DNA from: Acidimicrobiia bacterium
GTDB lineage: Bacteria > Actinomycetota > Acidimicrobiia > Spongiisociales > ZC4RG35
DNA: 64,000 bases
NCBI GenBank assembly: GCA_035304485.1
Contig: DATGPZ010000069.1
Location: 324-64,323 of the forward strand
Direction: 5' to 3'
The notes below the pieces were generated by a model. It searched no databases. It saw only the letters and a program-made list of their open reading frames with translations, and was not told the origin of the DNA. Shown piece by piece: positions 56,038 through 63,255 of this stretch; positions within the stretch are counted from its first letter, which is position 1; every line of letters begins with the position of its first letter. Position numbers and translations under genes: made by a program.

Positions 56038-56680
56038 GTCGCTCCCTCCTGACCATCTCCGTGGCGGCTTCCAGCGACTCCCGGGTCGATTGGAGCGCGA
56101 CCGGATCGAACAGCCCATGGGTGAGGATGTCCATCATCAGTGCGGTCACTCGCGTCAGGCCGTCCATCTCGAAGACGTCGGTGTCGAGCGCTCGGGAGAG
56201 GTGGTCGTGGAGCACGACGAAGCCGAGTTGCATCGTCAGCAACACGGCCGCCCGGGCGGTGTCGTCGTCGGTGGGTTTCACGATTCCCTGCTCTTCGGCG
56301 ACCGCGAACATCCGAACGGATTCGTTCAACATCTCGTCGAAGAGGGCGGCCGCGGCATCTGCGCCGCGGGCCAGCGACCAGCCCAGATAACGCAGGATGG
56401 GCGGCGCGATGGAGAAGATCTGGGCGAGGAATCCCGGATCGTTCAGTGAGCCGTCCGCCAGCGGCTCGGTCTTGTAGCGACGAATCGTCTCCACGACATA
56501 CCGGTCGCAGGTCGCCAGTAGACCTTCCTTCGAGCCGAAATGGTGGAGGACCAGTCCGGGGGACACGTCGGCGGCCGACGCGATCGCCCGCACCGTCGTT
56601 CCCCCCACACCACGGGTGGGGAACATCTCGAGAGCGGCTCGTCGGATTCGCGCCTCCGCGGTCAGATCCACTGAACGCAT
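56027..56680 (-). CDS. TetR-family transcriptional regulator
   Basis: RIRRAALEMFPTRGVGGTTVRAIASAADVSPGLVLHHFGSKEGLL HTH. Start at ATG 56680 is supported by promoter geometry. Confidence 0.85.
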   Translation of the reverse strand: MRSVDLTAEARIRRAALEMFPTRGVGGTTVRAIASAADVSPGLVLHHFGSKEGLLATCDRYVVETIRRYKTEPLADGSLNDPGFLAQIFSIAPPILRYLGWSLARGADAAAALFDEMLNESVRMFAVAEEQGIVKPTDDDTARAAVLLTMQLGFVVLHDHLSRALDTDVFEMDGLTRVTALMMDILTHGLFDPVALQSTRESLEAATEMVRRERRDS

Positions 56681-56716
56681 GTTCAGAAAGCTAGACGACC
56701 GTTCAATCGGTGGCAA
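56671..56716 (-). promoter_or_regulatory. tetR promoter (TTGCCA - 17 nt - TAGCTT, leaderless geometry) with the palindrome CTGAAC-N4-GTTCAG over the start
   Basis: The -35 element is at plus 56711-56716 and the -10 at plus 56688-56693, 7 nt before ATG 56680. The inverted repeat spans 56671-56686. Confidence 0.5.
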
Positions 56717-56763
56717 GTTGGCGTCATACCTCTGATCCCGTCACTGCGTTACCGTGAGCCCCG

Positions 56764-58089
56764 ATGTTCGATTCACTCACTCAGCGTTTCGAGGGGATCT
56801 TCTCCAATCTCCGTGGCAAGGGCCGTCTGTCAGAAGCGGACGTAGACGCTGCCCTGCGAGAGGTCCGTCTCGCCCTGCTGGAGGCCGATGTCAACGTGGC
56901 GGTGGTCAAGACCTTCCTCGCCAGGGTGCGCGAGCGGGCGTTGGGGGCCGACGTGTCGAAGAGCCTCACCCCCGGCCAGCAGGTCATCAAGATCGTCCAC
57001 GAAGAGTTGGTGGCCACATTGGGTGGCGAGACGGCGCCGCTCAAGACGTCCAGCTCGCCCCAGGTGATCTTGATGGTCGGCCTCCAGGGATCCGGTAAGA
57101 CGACGACTGCCGGCAAGCTGGCCCGCCATCTCAAGGGCAAGGGTCGCCGGCCGCTGCTGGTGGCTGCGGACCTCCAGCGGCCGGCCGCCATCGACCAGTT
57201 GGAGACACTCGGACGTAGGCTCGAGGTGCCCGTTTTCGCCGAGCGGAAGTCCAAGCCCACGCGAGTCGTGAAGGCCGCTTTGAAGGAAGCCACCCGAGCA
57301 GGTCACGACGTCGTGATCGTCGATACCGCCGGGCGGCTCCAGATCGACGACGCTCTGATGAAGGAGCTGGCCGATGTAGCCAAGGTGGCCGAGCCAGACG
57401 AGACCCTGCTGGTGGTCGACGCCATGACCGGTCAAGACGCCGTCAACGTCGCCAAGGGCTTCGTGGACAACACGCCTCTGACCGGGATCGTCCTCTCGAA
57501 ACTCGATGGCGACGCCCGGGGAGGTGCTGCCATCTCGGTGCGCGAGGTCACGGGTGCGCCCGTCAAGTTCGCGGGTGTTGGCGAGGGCCTCGACGACCTC
57601 GAACCCTTCCATCCCGACCGAATGGCGTCCCGTATCTTGGGCATGGGTGACGTGCTGACCCTGATCGAGAAAGCCGAGGCGACTTTCGATGCCCAGGAGG
57701 CCGAGAAAGCCGCCGCCAAGATGGTCAAGGGGCAGTTCACGCTCGAGGACTTCCTGGAGCAGTTCCAGCAGATCAAGAAGATGGGCCCACTCCAGGACAT
57801 CCTGTCGATGCTTCCCGGTGCCAACTCCATGCTGAGGCAGGTCGAGATCGACGATCGAGAGATCAAACGGATGGAGGCGATCATCTACTCCATGACGCCC
57901 GAAGAGCGCCGGAACCCGAAGATCATGTCGGGGAGCCGCAAGCGGAGGGTCGCCTCGGGGTCGGGGACGAGCCCACAGGAGGTCAACAAACTCCTCAAGC
58001 AGTTCAGCGACGCCCAGAAGATGATGAAAGGCCTAGGGGGAAAGGGCCTGGCCGGTCTGGCCGGGATGATGGGCGGCCGGGGCCGTTGA
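56764..58089 (+). CDS. ffh: Signal recognition particle protein Ffh
   Basis: GLQGSGKTTT, DTAGRL, SKLDGD, and a Met-rich M domain. Confidence 0.95.
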   Translation: MFDSLTQRFEGIFSNLRGKGRLSEADVDAALREVRLALLEADVNVAVVKTFLARVRERALGADVSKSLTPGQQVIKIVHEELVATLGGETAPLKTSSSPQVILMVGLQGSGKTTTAGKLARHLKGKGRRPLLVAADLQRPAAIDQLETLGRRLEVPVFAERKSKPTRVVKAALKEATRAGHDVVIVDTAGRLQIDDALMKELADVAKVAEPDETLLVVDAMTGQDAVNVAKGFVDNTPLTGIVLSKLDGDARGGAAISVREVTGAPVKFAGVGEGLDDLEPFHPDRMASRILGMGDVLTLIEKAEATFDAQEAEKAAAKMVKGQFTLEDFLEQFQQIKKMGPLQDILSMLPGANSMLRQVEIDDREIKRMEAIIYSMTPEERRNPKIMSGSRKRRVASGSGTSPQEVNKLLKQFSDAQKMMKGLGGKGLAGLAGMMGGRGR

Positions 58090-58230
58090 CGGGCACCGGC
58101 CTTCGGTTTGCTATGCTCTACCCGACCGGTGGGCCGCATCTCTTCTCCGCGGCCTCGTACCGGGCTTCCAACTCGAAATTCGAATAGCAGCCGCGCTTGG
58201 AGCCCGGCGTGGCACACGAGAGGTGAGTCG

Positions 58231-58674
58231 ATGGCCGTCAAGATGAGACTGATGCGGATGGGCAAGACCAAGTCGCCCCATTACCGCGTCGTGGTGATGG
58301 ATGGACGTGCTCCCCGTGACGGTCGCTATCTCGACCTGATCGGGCGGTACGACCCGCGACAGGAGCCGTCGGTCGTCGAGATCGACACCGAAAAGGCGGT
58401 GGATTGGCTCCGCAAGGGCGCCCAGCCCACCGAAGCGGTGGCCAAGCTCCTAGATGTCTCCGGGGCCCTCACCGAGTACAAGGTCAAGACCGGGAAGATC
58501 CACACCGTGGCAACGGCCGCCGCATCCAAGGAGCCGGAAGAGACCCCTGAAGCCTCCGAAGAGACGCCTGAGGTCGCCGAAGAGACGCCTGAGGTCTCCG
58601 AGGAGACTGCCGAGCCGACAGAGGACGAAGCCTCCACTGACGAGGCGACTTCCGACGCCTCCGAGGAGGAGTGA
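58231..58674 (+). CDS. rpsP: 30S ribosomal protein S16 with a ~65-aa acidic repeat tail
   Basis: MAVKMRLMRMGKTKSPHYRVVV... core, followed by an EETPE(A/V)(S/A)-type acidic extension. Confidence 0.9.
   Translation: MAVKMRLMRMGKTKSPHYRVVVMDGRAPRDGRYLDLIGRYDPRQEPSVVEIDTEKAVDWLRKGAQPTEAVAKLLDVSGALTEYKVKTGKIHTVATAAASKEPEETPEASEETPEVAEETPEVSEETAEPTEDEASTDEATSDASEEE
58537..58620 (+). repeat. Four tandem 21-nt units inside rpsP
   Basis: GAAGAGACCCCTGAAGCCTCC / GAAGAGACGCCTGAGGTCGCC / GAAGAGACGCCTGAGGTCTCC / GAGGAGACTGCCGAGCCGACA, encoding EETPEAS-EETPEVA-EETPEVS-EETAEPT. Confidence 0.85.
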
Positions 58675-58928
58675 GCGTGGCCAAGGGCGAGATCGTCGAA
58701 CGTGTCGTCGGCTACGTGGTTCGTGAGATCGTCGACAATCCGGATCAGGTCGAGGTCACGATCATCGAGCAGGGCCCCGAGGACGTCCTGGCCGAGGTTC
58801 GGACCGCCAAAGGGGACATGGGCCGTGTCATCGGTCGTCGTGGCCGAGTCGCCCGCGCCATCCGCGCCGTAGCCGGAGCCGCCGCCGATGAGGAGGGCGT
58901 CCGGGCCGAAGTCGAGTTTGTCGACTGA
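58671..58928 (+). CDS. KH-domain RNA-binding protein (YlqC family)
   Basis: ...KGDMGRVIGRRGRVARAIR...; GTGA overlap with rpsP. Confidence 0.85.
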   Translation: MSVAKGEIVERVVGYVVREIVDNPDQVEVTIIEQGPEDVLAEVRTAKGDMGRVIGRRGRVARAIRAVAGAAADEEGVRAEVEFVD

Positions 58929-59430
58929 CGAGGACTCCGCGGTCCTCGTTGGCCGCGTCATCCGCCCGCACGGATTGCGGGGCGGGGTCGTCGTCGAACC
59001 GATAACCGATCGTCCGGTTGAGCGTTTTTCCCCGGGTTCCGTCGTCTTGGACCCTGATGGCAACCCGTTGACTGTGCGCCGGTTCGAGGCGACCGAGCGA
59101 GCCCCCGTCATCACCTTCGAGGAGATTGGAGACCGCGATCAGGCCGAGCGTCTACGCGGTCTCTATCTGTATGTGAACGAATACCAGCGCCGCGATCTCG
59201 AAGACGAGGAATATTGGCCCGAGGACCTGATCGGTGCGGACGTCTTCGGCCCGGATGGTCGTCGGATCGGATCGGTGACCGACGTCGAGATCGGCGTTGG
59301 CCAGGACCGACTCCTGATCGCAACCCCCGCCGGCCCGGTGACCGTGCCGTTCGTCTCCGAAATCGTGACCGACGTCGACCTCGACGGCCGCCGTATAGTC
59401 GTCGATCCGCCCGATGGGCTCATCGATTGA
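58918..59430 (+). CDS. rimM: 16S rRNA processing protein RimM
   Basis: LVGRVIRPHGLRGGVVVEP... and a PRC barrel C-terminus. TTG start inferred (11-nt overlap with the KH gene). Confidence 0.8.
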   Translation: MSTDEDSAVLVGRVIRPHGLRGGVVVEPITDRPVERFSPGSVVLDPDGNPLTVRRFEATERAPVITFEEIGDRDQAERLRGLYLYVNEYQRRDLEDEEYWPEDLIGADVFGPDGRRIGSVTDVEIGVGQDRLLIATPAGPVTVPFVSEIVTDVDLDGRRIVVDPPDGLID

Positions 59431-60286
59431 ACGGGATGGCAGCCACGACCGACCCGTCCGGGGTGGTGAGCCTCAGGGTGTCGTAGGGGTCCTCGCCCAC
59501 CGGGAGGATCAGATGGAAGGCCGTCCAGACGTTGGGGCTCGGCTCGAGGCTCAGCGTGTCCTCGATGACCACCCGGTCGCCTAGGAGCACCTCGGCGGTC
59601 AACGATTCGATGTCGCCTGTCGCATAGCCGGTCACGTCCAGCACACCGCCGGCCTCGGCGGCCGATCCCGGCTCCACGACCACGACCTCCGGAGTCATCA
59701 GTGGGCGGCCGACCTCCGGGCCTCCCGGCTGGAGCTCGATCTCCAGCCGAGCCGGAGACGTGAGGATCCGGGCGCGGGCCACCGCCGGCTGCGACAAGAC
59801 CAAGTCCACGAAGCGGCGACCTTCCTCGGCAACCGGCACGAACAAGCGCTCCAATGAGCCTTCCTCGACCAGCTGGTCGGAGACGACCGATGCGGTGGCG
59901 GCGGTCTCGATGCGGATGACCCCTGCGTTGCGGAGGATGCGGGCGGTGAGCGCTGGGGGAGTGGTGGCGGGCGCACCGTCCTCGGTGGCGAACGAAACGC
60001 TGAACCGCTGGCAGTCACCGTCCTGTCGCCAGGTGATGTCGGCGATCCGCGTCCCGTCGAAGGTGCCCCGTTCGAAGTCGAGGATTCCGCCGTCTGCCAG
60101 CATCACGTCACCCTCGGGGCAGACGGGCGCGTCGGTCGGGATCGTCTCAGGGGACGTCGCTGGGGACGTCGTCACCGCGCTGGTGGCCGGGGGAGTGGTG
60201 GCTGGTGGTGGAGGTGTCACCGTCGTGCCCCCTTCCAGGGAACACGCCGCCAAGACCATCACCAGCGAACAGACGAGGATGCGCAC
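59420..60286 (-). CDS. Lipoprotein of unknown function (AMIN-like middle region, Ig-like C-terminal region; both tentative)
   Basis: MRILVCSLVMVLAACS lipobox, then a Pro/Thr-rich linker, 288 aa. GTG start. Convergent with rimM (11-nt overlap) and divergent from trmD. Confidence 0.65.
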   Translation of the reverse strand: MRILVCSLVMVLAACSLEGGTTVTPPPPATTPPATSAVTTSPATSPETIPTDAPVCPEGDVMLADGGILDFERGTFDGTRIADITWRQDGDCQRFSVSFATEDGAPATTPPALTARILRNAGVIRIETAATASVVSDQLVEEGSLERLFVPVAEEGRRFVDLVLSQPAVARARILTSPARLEIELQPGGPEVGRPLMTPEVVVVEPGSAAEAGGVLDVTGYATGDIESLTAEVLLGDRVVIEDTLSLEPSPNVWTAFHLILPVGEDPYDTLRLTTPDGSVVAAIPFNR

Positions 60287-60362
60287 AGCGGCAACCAGGG
60301 TACGGCGATCTCACCGTCCGGGTGGGCGGCGTGTGGCCGCGTCTTCCTAGGCTGACCCCGGA

Positions 60363-61049
60363 ATGCGCATCTCTTTCGTCACCATCTTCCCGGAATACTT
60401 CTCCGGGCCTCTCTCGGTCGGAATCGTCGGGCGAGCGATCGATACGGGAATCGTCGAGATCGATCTCCACGACATCCGCGAGCACGGTCTGGGCGCCCAC
60501 CGTCAGGTCGACGACACGCCGTATGGGGGTGGCGCGGGCATGGTGATGCGGGTCGAGCCTCTGTTTGCGACCTTGGCGCCGTTGGCCGACAGTCACCGCG
60601 TCCTCATGTCGCCCGCCGGCGCACCGCTCGACCAGGAGACGGTCGACCGACTGGCGTCGTATCCACACCTCACTCTCGTGTGCGGGCGCTACGAGGGGAT
60701 CGACCAGCGAGTGATCGACACCCACATCGACGAGGAGATCTCGATCGGTGACTACGTCCTCGCCGGCGGCGAGGCGGCCGCCCTGGTCGTGACGGAGGCC
60801 GTTGTGCGTCTGCTCCCGGGGGTGGTCGGCAACCCCGATTCAGTCCGCCACGAGTCCTTCCGCACCGGACTGCTCGAGGAACCGGTCTACACCAAGCCCG
60901 CAGAATACGAGGGCCTGCGGGTCCCGGAAGTGTTGCTGTCGGGTGACCACGGCCGGATCGAGGAGTGGCGAGCCCGCCAACGGGAGGAGCGAACTCGAAG
61001 CCGACGGCCTGATCTGTGGAAGCGGTTCGTTGAGGAATCCGAGAGGTGA
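60363..61049 (+). CDS. trmD: tRNA (guanine37-N1)-methyltransferase
   Basis: MRISFVTIFPEYF..., GRYEGIDQRV, SIGDYVLAGGE. Confidence 0.95.
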   Translation: MRISFVTIFPEYFSGPLSVGIVGRAIDTGIVEIDLHDIREHGLGAHRQVDDTPYGGGAGMVMRVEPLFATLAPLADSHRVLMSPAGAPLDQETVDRLASYPHLTLVCGRYEGIDQRVIDTHIDEEISIGDYVLAGGEAAALVVTEAVVRLLPGVVGNPDSVRHESFRTGLLEEPVYTKPAEYEGLRVPEVLLSGDHGRIEEWRARQREERTRSRRPDLWKRFVEESER

Positions 61050-61097
61050 TAGACTCATACGACGTTCCGGTGCCCGTGGGTGCCGACTTCACTGCAT

Positions 61098-61114
61098 ACC
61101 CTCTTCTAGAGGGT
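61098..61114 (+). other. 6-bp hairpin ACCCTC-TTCTA-GAGGGT in the trmD-rplS spacer
   Basis: Read directly from the sequence. It could be a trmD terminator or part of an rplS leader. No U-tract. Confidence 0.25.
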
Positions 61115-61169
61115 CGCTCTGGGCGCGTTCTCGTGCCGGCGATCCGAAACAAGACGACTAGGAGTCCCG

Positions 61170-61514
61170 ATGAACGACCTTCAACTGTTGGAGAACGCGC
61201 AACTGCGCGACGACATCCCCGACTTTCGCGCGGGTGACACCGTGAAGGTCCACGTGCGGGTGGTCGAAGGCGGCCGGGAGCGTATCCAGGTCTTCGAGGG
61301 TGTGGTGATCGCCCGTGACGGCGGTGGAGCCCGCGCCACGTTCACCGTCCGCAAGATCAGCTTCGGTGTCGGGGTCGAGCGGGTTTTCCCTCTCCACTCG
61401 CCGATCATCGACAAGATCGAGGTCTCGCGTCGAGGGAACGTGCGCCGTTCCAAGCTCTACTACCTGCGTGACCGGGTCGGGAAGTCGGCGCGGATCAAGG
61501 AGCGGCGCGACTGA
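61170..61514 (+). CDS. rplS: 50S ribosomal protein L19
   Basis: ...[29 protein letters not shown]...; AGGAG lies before the ATG. Confidence 0.95.
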   Translation: MNDLQLLENAQLRDDIPDFRAGDTVKVHVRVVEGGRERIQVFEGVVIARDGGGARATFTVRKISFGVGVERVFPLHSPIIDKIEVSRRGNVRRSKLYYLRDRVGKSARIKERRD

Positions 61515-62164
61515 GCGTCCCTCTGGAGGATCGCGCGGACGGCTTTCCCTCCGAGGAGGAGCCCAGCGACGAGCGTCGCAGGACCCCGTTCTGGCTGGAG
61601 CTGCCGGGACTGTTGCTCACCGCGCTGGCGGTGGCCGTGGTCGTCAAGACTTTCCTCGTTCAGCCTTTCTACATCCCGTCCCGGTCCATGGAGCCGACGA
61701 TCCAGGTCAACGATCGGGTCATCGTCAACAAGCTCTCCTATCGGGTGGGCGAGCCGGAACGAGGAGACGTCGTCGTCTTCCTCAATCCGAACCTCACCGA
61801 CGAGGAACTGCAGGAAACGATCCCTGAGGCGGTCATCCGCTCCATCCTCGAGGCGGTCGGCATCCGCACCCGGGGCGAAGACGATCTGATCAAGCGGGTC
61901 GTCGCGGTCGGTGGAGACACGGTGGCGATCCGTGACGGGCGTCTCGAGATCAACGGTGAGGCACCCGAGGAGCCCTATCTGGCATCGGGCGAAGACATGG
62001 CCGACTTCGGACCGGAGACGGTCCCCGAGGGGCACGTGTTCGTCATGGGCGACAACCGCAACGCCAGCCACGACTCGCGCTACTTCGGTCCGGTGCCGGT
62101 CGACGAGATCATCGGTGAGGCGTTTCTGCGGATCTGGCCGCTGGATCGTTTCGGCGGGCTCTGA
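61511..62164 (+). CDS. lepB: Signal peptidase I (probable CTG start; first canonical start is TTG 61613)
   Basis: The track ORF starts at TTG 61613, mid-TM helix. The in-frame upstream peptide ...[19 protein letters not shown]... matches the usual LepB N-terminus. The only start-like codon is CTG 61511, preceded by AAGGAG (61497-61502) at 8 nt. Catalytic motifs SRSMEPT and [11 protein letters not shown] are present. Confidence 0.7.
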   Translation: MSVPLEDRADGFPSEEEPSDERRRTPFWLELPGLLLTALAVAVVVKTFLVQPFYIPSRSMEPTIQVNDRVIVNKLSYRVGEPERGDVVVFLNPNLTDEELQETIPEAVIRSILEAVGIRTRGEDDLIKRVVAVGGDTVAIRDGRLEINGEAPEEPYLASGEDMADFGPETVPEGHVFVMGDNRNASHDSRYFGPVPVDEIIGEAFLRIWPLDRFGGL

Positions 62165-62256
62165 AAAGGGCGGATTGTCACTAGCGTCTGATATCTACGG
62201 GACACATCCCAGGCGTTCGAAGATCGCAGTTGGGATGTCGAGTCGGGAAGGATCTG

Positions 62257-62544
62257 ATGGAAGAAGATCTCGAGCGCTACGAGACCGAATCCGAACTGGC
62301 GATCTACAAGGAGTATCGGGATGTCCTCCCGTTGTTCCGCTTCGTCGTGGAGACCGAGCGGCGCTTCTACCTCGCCAACGACGTGGAGGTCGAGCGAAAG
62401 ACCGACGGCGATTCCCTCTACTTCGAGATCACGCTCCGTGATGCCTGGGTGTGGGACATGTTCCGCCCCGCCCGATTCCTGAAGCAGGTCACCGTCCTCA
62501 CCTTCAACGACATCAACATCGAGGAACTCGAGAAGGGCGACTGA
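62257..62544 (+). CDS. DUF2469 family protein
   Basis: MEEDLERYETESELAIYKEYRDVLPLFRFVVETERRFYLAN... is the typical conserved actinobacterial protein found between lepB/rnhB and yraN. Confidence 0.8.
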   Translation: MEEDLERYETESELAIYKEYRDVLPLFRFVVETERRFYLANDVEVERKTDGDSLYFEITLRDAWVWDMFRPARFLKQVTVLTFNDINIEELEKGD

Positions 62545-62545
62545 G

Positions 62546-62866
62546 GTGGATCGGGCTCGAGTGGGAACCATCGGTGAAGAAGTCGCCGCCCACTTCCTCG
62601 CCCGGCACGGACTCTCGGTCGTGGCCCGCAACGTGGAGCTGCCGGGCGGCGAGATCGACATTCTCGCCCTGGATGGGCCGGTTCGGGTGTCAGTGGAGGT
62701 ACGGACCGTGACCGGATCCCAAGACCCGCTCCAGGCCTTCGGTTTCGAGAAGGCCAGCCGTGTCCGGAGCCTCGCCAATCGCATCGGAGCCCAGCGGGTC
62801 GATCTGGTGGCGATTCGTCTCAAGCCAGAGGCAGCCGAGGCCCGGTGGGTCAAGGGCGCCGCCTGA
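62546..62866 (+). CDS. yraN: YraN-family (UPF0102) endonuclease-like protein
   Basis: GEEVAAHFLARHGLSVVARN...GEIDILALDG...V.VEVR. Confidence 0.8.
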   Translation: MDRARVGTIGEEVAAHFLARHGLSVVARNVELPGGEIDILALDGPVRVSVEVRTVTGSQDPLQAFGFEKASRVRSLANRIGAQRVDLVAIRLKPEAAEARWVKGAA

Positions 62867-63076
62867 TCAGCGGCGTCGCTGGCGGCGCATCTCCAGATGC
62901 CAGCAGCCGTGATGCCAATGCCGCCTGAGATCCGGAGCGGTATCGGGGACGACCACCAGATGGAAGGTGCCCGGAGGTATCTGAGAGGTGCAGCCCGGGC
63001 AGACATATGCCTTGCGGGCGGCATAGGGCTGGACCGGTGTGACTGACACCTCGAAGTGGCCCCAGCGGGTCGTCAC
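62867..63076 (-). CDS. Small CxxC...HxxC protein (69 aa), possible zinc ribbon
   Basis: GTG 63076: MTTRWGHFEVSVTPVQPYAARKAYVCPGCTSQIPPGTFHLVVVPDTAPDLRRHWHHGCWHLEMRRQRRR. Only the last 69 aa of track ORF 62867..63394- look coding. Confidence 0.5.
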   Translation of the reverse strand: MTTRWGHFEVSVTPVQPYAARKAYVCPGCTSQIPPGTFHLVVVPDTAPDLRRHWHHGCWHLEMRRQRRR

Positions 63077-63183
63077 CCGAAGAACCCCCACAGCAGCAGT
63101 GCCACCGTCACCACCAGGGCTATCACCACCGCAGCGATGTCGGCCACGCTCCGCTCTTGGTCTCGAAACGGATTGAAACCCAT
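63073..63183 (-). CDS. 36-aa single-TM micro-protein (not in the ORF track)
   Basis: My own translation: MGFNPFRDQERSVADIAAVVIALVVTVALLLWGFFG. The stop overlaps the next GTG (GTGA). Confidence 0.4.
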   Translation of the reverse strand: MGFNPFRDQERSVADIAAVVIALVVTVALLLWGFFG

Positions 63184-63255
63184 ACCCGCACGGTAACTCC
63201 CCCGGGCCTCGATCAGTACGCACCGCCGTCGCCACAACGGTTAGCGTCAGATCCC

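Noticed and set aside
58086-58117. TTGACG (overlapping the ffh stop) and TATGCT as an rpsP promoter, plus a small ACCG-loop-CGGT hairpin (58095-58107) as an ffh terminator.
   Set aside because: The spacer is 20 nt, too long for a sigma-70-type promoter. The hairpin has only 4 bp. This is not strong enough to call.
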